Source of the DNA: a virus
Lineage: Duplodnaviria; Heunggongvirae; Uroviricota; Caudoviricetes
Direction: 5' to 3' (one strand)
Length of the DNA stretch: 46,788 nt
Virus record (IMG/VR): IMGVR_UViG_2690315742_000007
A program made the translations under genes and the position numbers. The notes under the pieces are model-generated. The model saw nothing but the letters and a program-made list of their open reading frames with translations, was not told where the DNA came from and searched no databases. Shown here in pieces: positions 36,805-45,507 of this stretch (its first letter is position 1; each line of letters begins with the position of its first letter).

Positions 36805-36828
36805 GTGGCCCTCATCGGGCCACTTTTC
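36805..36828 (+). terminator. flxA rho-independent terminator
   Basis: GTGGCCC-tcatc-GGGCCAC hairpin followed by TTTT, 15 nt after the flxA stop. Coordinates approximate. Confidence 0.6.
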
Positions 36829-36999
36829 GCCATCAGCCTTTTCTTTAAAGACATATTATCTTTGTATCATTTCTGATAGTTAACATTACAAGATATAAGT
36901 AATGGACGCACTCCCAATTAGTCTATTTAAATCGCCACGAGTTTAACTGACAACCCATGATCAATTATGAATTGCAACTATTTCTGTAGTCACTTTTGT

Positions 37000-38650
37000 G
37001 GGGACAGTCCACAAAACTGCCAACTTCCGCTTCTTGCTCTTAGCGGACATTAGCATAGGCTATTTACCATAACGCCTCATTACGCGCACCGCCCAGACTG
37101 ACTCAGCGCGTTTCTGGCATATCCCCGGTAAAACAAGTAACAAACCACCCGAAAATGAACACCAGAAACGCGACTTAAGAATCTACCCTATGAATGGATA
37201 TGCACTCAACCGAATCGATCTTGGTTTCAATCTTTTTTATCGGGATCAGGCTTCTTTTTAGGTAACTTCGGGGGCTTAACTTGCTGATGACTTTGCGTTC
37301 GGCGCGTAAGCCAGGGATGGTCAGCTTTAGGTTTAACATAGTATTTTGAGCGTAAATCAATACGGGCATTATCCACTCGTTCATGGACACTCTTTTCATC
37401 ATCCAGTGGTATAGGCTCCGGGCCATCAACATACTTTTCCCAGCCCAGCGCTTTCCCGTCATACAGAACGTTAATTTCACCGTCAAAGTTCTCGCATACA
37501 GTAACAACCGAATGCCTAAGTCGATATCCCCGGCCCTCACTGCGTACCTGAAACGCACTGCTTTTGTACTGGAAAGTGAGATTTTTAGACAGAACGCGCT
37601 TCGCCTGTAGGCTGAAGATATAACCCAGTTCCTCTTCAGAATGGTGCACATCAAGATGAGCATTATCAGTAGTACGAGGCGACGTAGCGAACCGGTTGTT
37701 ATAGGCTTCAATAAAGGTCGGCAACCATGCATTTGCTGTTTCAATATCACTGATATTCTGAAGCCGCATTTCTTTGACCAGCCTGTCCTGTAGTGTCTGA
37801 TTGGCGCGCTCTACCCGCCCTTTTGCCTGCGGGCTGTTGGCATGGATTGGCTCGATGCCCAGTGTCTTTATCGCACGAGTGAACTGGGTCAGCTCACCTT
37901 CCCGCTCTGGGTTATTTACCCTGAATATACTGTGTCTATCAGAGTAGAGAGCGAGCGGTACGCCATGATCATTAAGGTAACCCCGGAGGGTTTCCATGTA
38001 AGCCCGGGTTGTTTCAGCAGGCACAAAACGCAACGCCATCAACGCACTGGTGGCATCATCAATGAAAACGATCAGTGTACATCTGGGGCCTCGATTTTCA
38101 AACCAGTCATGAGGTGAGCCATCAATCTGGATCAGTTCACCGTAAGATGGTCGTCGCATGCGGCGTTGATATATACGGGCAATTTTACGACGGCGTTCAC
38201 GCCATAACCCCTCTTCTATCATCCACTTTCTGAGAGTTTCAACGGATAAAGATAAACCGTGTATCTCGCGCAATTTTTCGCACGCAAACGTAGGTCCAAA
38301 ATCAGCGTAACGGCCTTTGAGGAGTGAAATTACTGTTGCTCTGAATTCAGTAGAAAAGGAATTATTAGGACGCTTTCCACGTCGGTGGGAAACCAGACCA
38401 GAAGGCCCTTCATTTCTATACCGTTGCACCAGACGTTTAACCTGCCGAATAGAAATGCCAATGCGTGCCGCAGCTTGTTCCTGAATAATCTGAAGTCGGT
38501 GGAGTTCCTTATGACTCATCGTAACAGTCTCTTTGATCATGAAAAATCCCCCAGAGAATTGTCTGGGGACATTTTAGAATGGTTCAAAGGGGACATTACA
38601 GCTTGGTGTTAACAATAGCCTGCTTCTCCGTGCCTTTCGGCACGTAAGAG
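37000..38650 (-). mobile_element. Probable insertion element carrying the rve transposase; ends not resolved
   Basis: Transposase gene at a position that in K-12 Qin holds integrase and ydfW/ydfX remnants. I could not find clean terminal inverted repeats by eye; hairpin-like GGGGACA motifs occur near both ends. Confidence 0.4.
37227..38540 (-). CDS. DDE (rve/integrase-core) transposase-like protein with N-terminal HTH; IS481-like by architecture
   Basis: 437-aa ORF: N-terminal HTH (IGISIRQVKRLVQRY), central DDE region with a ...SPQAKGRVERANQTL... motif. Family call is from motif pattern only. Confidence 0.65.
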   Translation of the reverse strand: MIKETVTMSHKELHRLQIIQEQAAARIGISIRQVKRLVQRYRNEGPSGLVSHRRGKRPNNSFSTEFRATVISLLKGRYADFGPTFACEKLREIHGLSLSVETLRKWMIEEGLWRERRRKIARIYQRRMRRPSYGELIQIDGSPHDWFENRGPRCTLIVFIDDATSALMALRFVPAETTRAYMETLRGYLNDHGVPLALYSDRHSIFRVNNPEREGELTQFTRAIKTLGIEPIHANSPQAKGRVERANQTLQDRLVKEMRLQNISDIETANAWLPTFIEAYNNRFATSPRTTDNAHLDVHHSEEELGYIFSLQAKRVLSKNLTFQYKSSAFQVRSEGRGYRLRHSVVTVCENFDGEINVLYDGKALGWEKYVDGPEPIPLDDEKSVHERVDNARIDLRSKYYVKPKADHPWLTRRTQSHQQVKPPKLPKKKPDPDKKD

Positions 38651-38874
38651 GCTAACCTACATGTGTCTAGCATGAAATTGGCCTCAGATTAATGTTAAGC
38701 GTCTTGCAGGACGCGTAATGTTAACTGGGGCTTTTCTCTATCTGCCGTTGGTGTCCATGCCCGAGGCAGATAGCCTCAAGCACCCGCAGTCATTCTACTT
38801 AACTAAGATTTCCCCGCAAACCGTTTTTGTCCAGCACAGTAAATATCCAACTAAACCAATGGAGTTCGCTGTAT

Positions 38875-39093
38875 TTACCGCCAGTATTCAATGCACATGA
38901 CCGCCATGAACACCCCTAAAAAAAGGGCATTTATATATCCAAATATTAATATCAAAACATCAACTTTTTCCATATACCTTGCTGTGAAGATGATGGGCAT
39001 ACATGATGCGAACAACCAGAACGCAACAAACAAAAACTGCAATGCGTTTTTCATTATTCCTCCTACAATCAATGTGCAATTACATTTAAACAC
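38875..39093 (-). CDS. Hypothetical small membrane protein (two predicted TM helices)
   Basis: 72-aa ORF, strongly hydrophobic (LQFLFVAFWLFASCMPIIF ... ILIFGYINALFLGVFMAVMCI). No recognisable family. Confidence 0.3.
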   Translation of the reverse strand: MFKCNCTLIVGGIMKNALQFLFVAFWLFASCMPIIFTARYMEKVDVLILIFGYINALFLGVFMAVMCIEYWR

Positions 39094-39099
39094 ACCTCA

Positions 39100-39784
39100 A
39101 TTTGGCCGGACATATAAATATCTAAACCAGAAAAAATCACTTACATAGCGTTACAAACTCTTTAGTCTAAAGGTTCATCGTAAAACATTCCCCATACTTA
39201 TCAGTCCGTTCCGCGCCAGGTAGCTCATTGCCTTATCTGGCAACCTGTAATCAGGTTTCCGCTTTTTCAGTTGGCTGGTCGTTTAACCGACATAGTTAAT
39301 CCATTAATCTAGTTGCCGGATGTTGGTGGATTTTCGCGTTTTAGTTGTTCATAAAAGTGCACAGCTTTAACCAGTTCTTCTGATGTAACTGGGACTGGTG
39401 AGGCAGTGAATAAGGCCTGAATTTGATAGTTCGGCCTGTCGTTACAATCCTCTTTTTTCGGTACATATTTCCAGTCACCAGACCACTACTTCCCCTGAAA
39501 GTCCGTAACGCCTTTTTTCACGTAGCGATATCGCCATGCCACTGGTTTTGCTTGCCCCGCCGTTTCATGCCCTTCCTGATAATTAATCTCGCTCATTCAT
39601 CGCCCCACTCATCACAATATGCTTCGACCGGAGTTTTTCCCGCTTCATAGTCATCACGCTAGGATTCGACATCAGCAGCACTTCCACCGCGTAACTCACC
39701 ATAGTCCATTAATAGTTCATCCCGCTCTTCAAAACTGATGTTATATTTAGCTGAACAAAAATCAGCCACTTTGTTCTTCCTCAT
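39100..39784 (-). pseudogene. Decayed early-region ORF remnants downstream of the ydaT-like gene
   Basis: Minus-strand reading gives a string of short ORFs (40, 23, 35 and about 58 codons) interrupted by stops; the first starts in an ATGA overlap with the ydaT-like stop. No ORF of 60 aa or more on this strand. Confidence 0.35.
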
Positions 39785-40236
39785 CGTCTTTTATTTCGTG
39801 GTATGAGTAATGTTTCACGATCCACTACGGCAGGATCAGCAAAAAGCAGTCCGGACTCCACCACATCGCCATATTCTTTGTTTAACCCGGCGATCATGCA
39901 CGTGATGCTTTTTCCGTCAGTAATTTCACGATACAACCTGAAATCATTAATCCGGATAGCCTCCATAATTGCAGGCACTAGCGCCGTGAACTTTTCACGC
40001 TTATCCCTGGTGTCGATAGCCTTCCAGCGTTCAAATATCTTCACTCGATTAACGCCAAGCGCTCGCTGATCAATCGCGCCACCTTCATATGTGACACGCT
40101 GAACATCGATGTTCGGGCGCTCTTTCAAAGCCCAGAATGCTTCAGTGATTAATATCGTCGCCTGCTCCTGTGTCATTCCTGGTCGACATATCCAGGCATC
40201 CAGAGCCTCACGAGCCTGTTCAGGAGTGATTTTCAT
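39781..40236 (-). CDS. YdaT-like protein, second gene of the dicC (cro-side) operon
   Basis: 151-aa ORF overlapping the dicC 3' end; resembles Rac YdaT (shared ...ALVPAI.../...ALLPAI... region). K-12 Qin has only fragments (ydfX/ydfW) here. Confidence 0.5.
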   Translation of the reverse strand: MKITPEQAREALDAWICRPGMTQEQATILITEAFWALKERPNIDVQRVTYEGGAIDQRALGVNRVKIFERWKAIDTRDKREKFTALVPAIMEAIRINDFRLYREITDGKSITCMIAGLNKEYGDVVESGLLFADPAVVDRETLLIPRNKRR

Positions 40237-40450
40237 TGTTCAACCGCCCCGCCCGCTTCGTCTTACGATATTCATCATAAACTTTGGGATCATACTGAAG
40301 CTCCCCGCCAGATGCCTCCTGTAGACGCATCGCGCGACCTTCGGGAACTAAATCCCCTTTCCAGCTATAAAGCGAAGCCAAACGAATACCTGCTGCTTGT
40401 GCAAGTTTTGTTTTTGAACCGAAATACAAAAGAGCGTCAGTTTTAAGCAT
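40220..40450 (-). CDS. dicC: DicC, Cro-like repressor of the immunity region
   Basis: 76 aa, MLKTDALLYFGSKTKLAQAAGIRLASLYSWKGDLVPEGRAMRLQEASGGELQYDP... Confidence 0.85.
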   Translation of the reverse strand: MLKTDALLYFGSKTKLAQAAGIRLASLYSWKGDLVPEGRAMRLQEASGGELQYDPKVYDEYRKTKRAGRLNNENHS

Positions 40451-40533
40451 TTAAAACACCTTTATTGTTAGTCATAACTAACAAGATAGATGTTAACAAA
40501 AACATAGTCAATACGATTTAGCATTAGCTAACT
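40451..40533. promoter_or_regulatory. dicA-dicC divergent promoter/operator region
   Basis: Palindromes TTGTTAGTcataACTAACAA (40465..40484), TGTTAACA and TTAGCATTAGCTAA between the divergent dicC and dicA starts. Confidence 0.6.
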
Positions 40534-40941
40534 ATGGAAACAAAAAATTTAACTATCGGCGAACGCATCAGGTATCGTCGGAAAAACCTCAAACACACCC
40601 AAAGGTCTCTTGCTAAAGCCCTGAAAATCTCCCATGTGTCTGTATCACAATGGGAACGGGGTGATAGTGAACCTACAGGGAAGAACCTTTTTGCCCTCAG
40701 CAAAGTATTGCAATGCTCACCAACATGGATTCTATTTGGCGATGAAGACAAGCAACCAACACCACCTGTTGAGAAGCCAGTTGCCTTATCCCCCAAAGAA
40801 CTAGAGCTCCTTGAGCTGTTTAATGCACTGCCAGAATCAGAACAGGATACCCAGCTCGCCGAAATGCGAGCTCGAGTAAAAAACTTCAATAAACTCTTTG
40901 AAGAATTACTAAAAGCCCGTCAGCGGACAAATAAAAGATAA
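40534..40941 (+). CDS. dicA: DicA repressor (cI analogue, HTH-XRE)
   Basis: 135 aa, METKNLTIGERIRYRRKNLKHTQRSLAKALKISHVSVSQWERGDSEPTG... Confidence 0.9.
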   Translation: METKNLTIGERIRYRRKNLKHTQRSLAKALKISHVSVSQWERGDSEPTGKNLFALSKVLQCSPTWILFGDEDKQPTPPVEKPVALSPKELELLELFNALPESEQDTQLAEMRARVKNFNKLFEELLKARQRTNKR

Positions 40942-41107
40942 CATCATCAATGAGTTATCTTTTACCACATCAATTATGTTAGCTATAGCATACAAAATCA
41001 CTTGACCGATATGTTAGTCATGGCTAATCTTGTTTGCATCAACACACCGCACGGTGTTCTCAGCAAACAGTTCCGCTACCCCAGCGTTAAGGGGAAATGA
41101 GGTCAGC
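40942..41107 (+). promoter_or_regulatory. P_dicB promoter/operator region (DicA-repressed)
   Basis: Further GTTAGC/GTTAGT-type half-site motifs (tgttagctatagcatac, tgttagtcatggctaa) between dicA and ydfA. Confidence 0.4.
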
Positions 41108-41263
41108 ATGGATACTATCGATCTTGGCAACAACGAATCTCTGGTGTACGGCGTGTTTCCAAACCAGGACGGCACGTTCACCGCAATGACGTATACCAAA
41201 AGCAAAACGTTTAAAACCGAAAATGGTGCCCGTCGCTGGCTGGAAAGAAACTCAGGTGAGTGA
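41108..41263 (+). CDS. ydfA: YdfA
   Basis: Internal ATG of track ORF 41030..41263 gives 51 aa: MDTIDLGNNESLVYGVFPNQDGTFTAMTYTKSKTFKTENGARRWLERNSGE. Confidence 0.75.
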   Translation: MDTIDLGNNESLVYGVFPNQDGTFTAMTYTKSKTFKTENGARRWLERNSGE

Positions 41264-41264
41264 T

Positions 41265-41393
41265 ATGGATTTCGACACAATCATGGAAAAGGCTTACGAA
41301 GAATACTTCGAAGGCCTTGCCGAAGGCGAAGAAGCTCTCAGCTTCAGTGAGTTTAAACAGGCGCTTTCCAGTTCGGCAAAATCTAACGGCTGA
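41265..41393 (+). CDS. ydfB: YdfB
   Basis: Hand-translated 42 aa starting 2 nt after the ydfA stop: MDFDTIMEKAYEEYFEGLAEGEEALSFSEFKQALSSSAKSNG. Confidence 0.65.
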   Translation: MDFDTIMEKAYEEYFEGLAEGEEALSFSEFKQALSSSAKSNG

Positions 41394-41422
41394 TAAGCGA
41401 AACAGCACCGCGAGGAATCAGT

Positions 41423-41641
41423 ATGCAGAAACGAGAACCCGTCATCATCGCGCCAGACTATACCGATGATGAACTTTATGAGTGGATGCGCCAGAAAATT
41501 AATGCAGCGCAGGATCTGAAATGGGCTAATGAAGCCAGGGCTAAGCAGGCTGAAAATCTGTCCGCTCTGGAGCAGGATATCACCAATCTGGAAAAAGCAG
41601 CGGCATTAAGCATTGCCAGAATGATTACATACCCGCGTTAG
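41423..41641 (+). CDS. ydfC: YdfC
   Basis: 72 aa, MQKREPVIIAPDYTDDELYEWMRQKINAAQDLKWANEARAKQAENLSALEQD... Confidence 0.75.
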   Translation: MQKREPVIIAPDYTDDELYEWMRQKINAAQDLKWANEARAKQAENLSALEQDITNLEKAAALSIARMITYPR

Positions 41642-41981
41642 TAGCTAATCAACAAAGCTAAGGTTAGTAATTAAGGAGTTCTCCACGGGTGAGGTGGAGT
41701 GCGTGCGCCGGACACGGGTGCGCATCCGGAACTGACAGTTTACTGAAAGGATATTTCCCTGAAAAGTCAGACCATAACGCGAAAGCGCACGGCGAGGTAG
41801 CTGGTTCATAGATAGCCTGTCGTTAAATTTTCGTCGACCGTGCGCTTCCGGTTGTGGCAACCCGCGAAATGGCGCGGCGGTAAGTATGGCGGGGTTATTC
41901 CTTCCCCGTTGAGGACACCGGGTTGTCAGGTTGACCATACGCTTAAGTGACAACCCCGCTGCAACGCCCTCTGTTATCAAT

Positions 41982-42034
41982 TTTCTGGTGACGTTTGGCG
42001 GTATCAGTTTTACTCCGTGACTGCTCTGCCGCCC
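41982..42034 (+). ncRNA. dicF: DicF small regulatory RNA (processed from the ydfABC-dicF-dicB transcript)
   Basis: tttctggtgacgtttggcggtatcagttttactccgtgactgctctgccgccc followed by a T-run; matches the 53-nt DicF sequence as I remember it. Confidence 0.8.
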
Positions 42035-42208
42035 TTTTTAAAGTGAATTTTGTGATGTGGTGAATGCGGCTGAGCGCACGCGGAACAGTTAAAACCAAAA
42101 ACAGTGTTATGGGTGGATTCTCTGTATCCGGCGTTAATTGTTAACTGGTTAACGTCACCTGGAGGCACCAGGCACTGCATCACAAAATTCATTGTTGAGG
42201 ACGCGATA

Positions 42209-42397
42209 ATGAAAACGTTATTACCAAACGTTAATACGTCTGAAGGTTGTTTTGAAATTGGTGTCACTATCAGTAACCCAGTATTTACTGAAGATGCCAT
42301 TAACAAGAGAAAACAAGAACGGGAGCTATTAAATAAAATATGCATTGTTTCAATGCTGGCTCGTTTACGTCTGATGCCAAAAGGATGTGCACAATGA
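42209..42397 (+). CDS. dicB: DicB cell-division inhibitor
   Basis: Internal ATG gives 62 aa: MKTLLPNVNTSEGCFEIGVTISNPVFTEDAINKRKQERELLNKICIVSMLARLRLMPKGCAQ. Confidence 0.85.
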   Translation: MKTLLPNVNTSEGCFEIGVTISNPVFTEDAINKRKQERELLNKICIVSMLARLRLMPKGCAQ

Positions 42398-42585
42398 ATT
42401 CAGCATTTGTGCTTGTTCTGACAGTTTTTCTTGTTTCCGGAGAGCCAGTTGATATTGCAGTCAGTGTTCACAGGACAATGCAGGAGTGTATGACTGCAGC
42501 AACCGAACAGAAAATTCCCGGTAACTGTTACCCGGTCGATAAAGTTATTCACCAGGATAATATCGAAATCCCGGCAGGTCTTTAA
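42394..42585 (+). CDS. ydfD: YdfD small membrane protein
   Basis: Internal ATG overlapping the dicB stop gives 63 aa: MNSAFVLVLTVFLVSGEPVDIAVSVHRTMQECMTAATEQKIPGNCYPVDKVIHQDNIEIPAGL. Confidence 0.75.
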   Translation: MNSAFVLVLTVFLVSGEPVDIAVSVHRTMQECMTAATEQKIPGNCYPVDKVIHQDNIEIPAGL

Positions 42586-42677
42586 AACAGTTCCGTAATA
42601 AATATCCGGTTTCATTCTTATATGCCAGCAATGGCAGGGATTTGTTCATCCTTAAATCTGTCATGAGGTTAAAACAA

Positions 42678-45149
42678 ATGAGTAAAGTCTTTATTTGCGC
42701 CGCTATTCCTGACGAACTGGCAACAAGGGAAGAAGGCGCTGTGGCTGTAGCCACAGCCATTGAAGCTGGCGACGAACGCCGTGCTCGAGCAAAATTTCAC
42801 TGGCAATTCCTGGAACATTATCCGGCTGCTCAGGACTGCGCTTATAAATTTATTGTCTGCGAGGATAAACCTGGCATACCCCGCCCTGCCCTCGATTCAT
42901 GGGATGCTGAATATATGCAGGAAAACCGCTGGGATGAGGAGTCTGCTTCTTTTGTCCCGGTTGAGACTGAATCCGATCCGATGAACGTCACTTTTGACAA
43001 GCTGGCCCCTGAAGTACAGAACGCTGTCATGGTTAAGTTCGACACATGTGAAAACATCACCGTTGATATGGTTATTAGCGCACAGGAATTGTTGCAGGAA
43101 GACATGGCAACATTCGACGGACATATCGTTGAAGCGTTGATGAAAATGCCAGAAGTTAACGCCATGTATCCGGAGCTTAAGTTGCACGCCATTGGGTGGG
43201 TTAAGCATAAATGTATTCCTGGTGCTAAATGGCCCGAAATTCAGGCAGAGATGCGCATCTGGAAAAAACGTCGCGAAGGTGAACGCAAGGAAACCGGAAA
43301 ATACACGTCTGTTGTTGATCTCGCCCGCGCCAGAGCCAATCAACAGTACACTGAAAATTCAACAGGAAAAATCAGCCCGGTCATTGCTGCCATTCATCGC
43401 GAATACAAGCAGACATGGAAAACACTGGATGACGAACTGGCCTACGCTCTCTGGCCTAGTGATGTGGATGCCGGAAACATTGACGGCAGCATCCATCGCT
43501 GGGCAAAAAAAGAAGTTATCGACAACGACCGCGAAGACTGGAAGCGTATCTCGGCATCAATGCGCAAACAGCCTGATGCCCTTCGCTACGACCGCCAAAC
43601 TATTTTTGGCCTTGTCCGTGAGCGTCCGATCGACATTCACAAAGATCCCGTAGCACTGAACAAATATATCTGCGAATACCTGACGACAAAGGGCGTGTTT
43701 GAGAATGAAGAAACAGACCTGGGCACTGTTGATGTTCTCCAGTCATCAGAAACACAAACTGATGCAGTGGAAACTGAGGTATCTGATATCCCAAAAAATG
43801 AAACCGCGCCGGAAGCTGAACCATCTGTAGAGCGTGAGGGGCCGTTCTATTTCCTCTTCGCAGATAAGGACGGAGAAAAATACGGTCGCGCAAACAAACT
43901 CTCTGGTCTGGATAAGGCACTGGCTGCTGGCGCCACTGAAATCACAAAAGAAGAATATTTTGCCCGAAAAAATGGCACATACACGGGCTTACCGCAAAAT
44001 GTAGATACCGCTGAAGATTCAGAACAACCAGAGCCGATAAAAGTTACCGCTGACGAAGTAAACAAAATTATGCAGGCAGCCAATATCAGCCAGCCTGACG
44101 CCGATAAGTTGCTTGCTGCATCACGTGGTGAATTTGTTGAAGGGATTAGTGACCCGAATGATCCGAAATGGGTTAAGGGGCTCCAGACCCGCGATTCTGT
44201 GAACCAGAACCAGCATGAATCGGAACGGAACTACCAAAAAGCGGAACAAAACAGTCCAAATGCGTTACAAAACGAGCCAGAAACGAAACAGCCTGAACCA
44301 GTAGCGCAACAGGAAGTGGAAAAAGTCTGCACCGCCTGCGGTCAGACCGGCGGCGGCAACTGCCCTGATTGTGGCGCGGTGATGGGCGACGCAACATACC
44401 AAGAAACATTCGATGAAGAGTATCAGGTTGAAGTTCAGGAAGATGATCCGGAGGAAATGGAAGGCGCTGAACATCCACACAAGGAGAACACTGGCGGCAA
44501 TCAGCATCACAATAGCGATAATGAAACTGGCGAGACGGCAGATCACCCAATTAAGGTGAACGGTCATCACGAAATCACATCCACCAGCAGGACGTGTGAC
44601 CATCTAATGATCGACCTTGAAACCATGGGAAAAAATCCTGATGCCCCGATCATCTCAATAGGTGCAATATTTTTCGATCCGCAAACCGGAGATATGGGAC
44701 CGGAATTTAGTAAGACTATCGATCTGGAAACTGCTGGCGGAGTCATTGATCGGGACACCATTAAATGGTGGCTTAAGCAATCACGCGAAGCGCAATCTGC
44801 CATTATGACCGATGAAATCCCGTTAGATGATGCACTGTTACAATTGCGAGAATTTATCGACGAAAACTCCGGTGAATTTTTTGTTCAGGTTTGGGGAAAT
44901 GGAGCCAACTTCGACAACACGATTTTGCGCCGTTCATACGAACGGCAGGGGATCCCCTGCCCGTGGCGTTACTACAACGATCGCGATGTACGCACAATCG
45001 TTGAGCTGGGGAAAGCCATAGACTTCGATGCCAGAACGGCTATTCCATTCGAAGGTGAGCGCCATAATGCACTTGATGACGCCCGTTACCAGGCAAAATA
45101 CGTTTCAGTTATCTGGCAAAAACTGATCCCGAGTCAGGCTGATTCTTAA
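42678..45149 (+). CDS. ydfE: YdfE-like multidomain protein, full length: N-terminal YdfE domain, acidic linker, zinc ribbon, C-terminal DEDDh-type 3'-5' exonuclease-like domain
   Basis: 823 aa from internal ATG (MSKVFICAAIPDELATREEGAVAVA...). Zn-ribbon CTACGQTGGGNCPDCG; C-terminal motifs DLETMG ... WGNGANFD ... HNALDDA typical of DnaQ-like exonucleases. Confidence 0.6.
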   Translation: MSKVFICAAIPDELATREEGAVAVATAIEAGDERRARAKFHWQFLEHYPAAQDCAYKFIVCEDKPGIPRPALDSWDAEYMQENRWDEESASFVPVETESDPMNVTFDKLAPEVQNAVMVKFDTCENITVDMVISAQELLQEDMATFDGHIVEALMKMPEVNAMYPELKLHAIGWVKHKCIPGAKWPEIQAEMRIWKKRREGERKETGKYTSVVDLARARANQQYTENSTGKISPVIAAIHREYKQTWKTLDDELAYALWPSDVDAGNIDGSIHRWAKKEVIDNDREDWKRISASMRKQPDALRYDRQTIFGLVRERPIDIHKDPVALNKYICEYLTTKGVFENEETDLGTVDVLQSSETQTDAVETEVSDIPKNETAPEAEPSVEREGPFYFLFADKDGEKYGRANKLSGLDKALAAGATEITKEEYFARKNGTYTGLPQNVDTAEDSEQPEPIKVTADEVNKIMQAANISQPDADKLLAASRGEFVEGISDPNDPKWVKGLQTRDSVNQNQHESERNYQKAEQNSPNALQNEPETKQPEPVAQQEVEKVCTACGQTGGGNCPDCGAVMGDATYQETFDEEYQVEVQEDDPEEMEGAEHPHKENTGGNQHHNSDNETGETADHPIKVNGHHEITSTSRTCDHLMIDLETMGKNPDAPIISIGAIFFDPQTGDMGPEFSKTIDLETAGGVIDRDTIKWWLKQSREAQSAIMTDEIPLDDALLQLREFIDENSGEFFVQVWGNGANFDNTILRRSYERQGIPCPWRYYNDRDVRTIVELGKAIDFDARTAIPFEGERHNALDDARYQAKYVSVIWQKLIPSQADS

Positions 45150-45221
45150 TGTTCAACTGTCGCCGGTTGTGACTGGTATTCTGCAACCGGCGCTCGTCTG
45201 ATGTAAGAGATAAAGAAATCG

Positions 45222-45473
45222 ATGAGCGAAGTAATCATGATTGTCTCTCCCGGCAAATGGGTATCCGAAGAGCAGTTAATTGCGCTGAAAGGAATAAAAA
45301 AAGGTACGTTAAAAAAGGCCCGGGAAAAATCGTTTATGGAAGGAAGGGAATATAAGCATGTCGCTCATGACGGTATGCCATGGGATAACAGTCCATGCTT
45401 TTACAACCTGGAAGAAATTGATCGCTGGATTGAGCGCCAGGCATCAGCAAGACCAAGACGTCATCTTACTTGA
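45222..45473 (+). CDS. xis: Excisionase-like small DNA-binding protein
   Basis: 83-aa ORF immediately upstream of the integrase; assignment rests on position and size. Confidence 0.45.
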   Translation: MSEVIMIVSPGKWVSEEQLIALKGIKKGTLKKAREKSFMEGREYKHVAHDGMPWDNSPCFYNLEEIDRWIERQASARPRRHLT

Positions 45474-45507
45474 CTAAAAGCCACACTAACTAATGAGAGA
45501 AGTTGAA

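Noticed and set aside
37175-37750. 191-aa ORF on the minus strand
   Set aside because: Overlaps the transposase gene in a different frame; no independent support.
41700-41981. GC-rich segment examined as a possible tRNA or retron-like ncRNA
   Set aside because: No cloverleaf with a T-loop consensus and no adjacent reverse transcriptase; retained only as a structured-spacer finding.
42010-42345. 111-aa minus-strand ORF
   Set aside because: Antisense to dicF and dicB, which are well supported on the plus strand.
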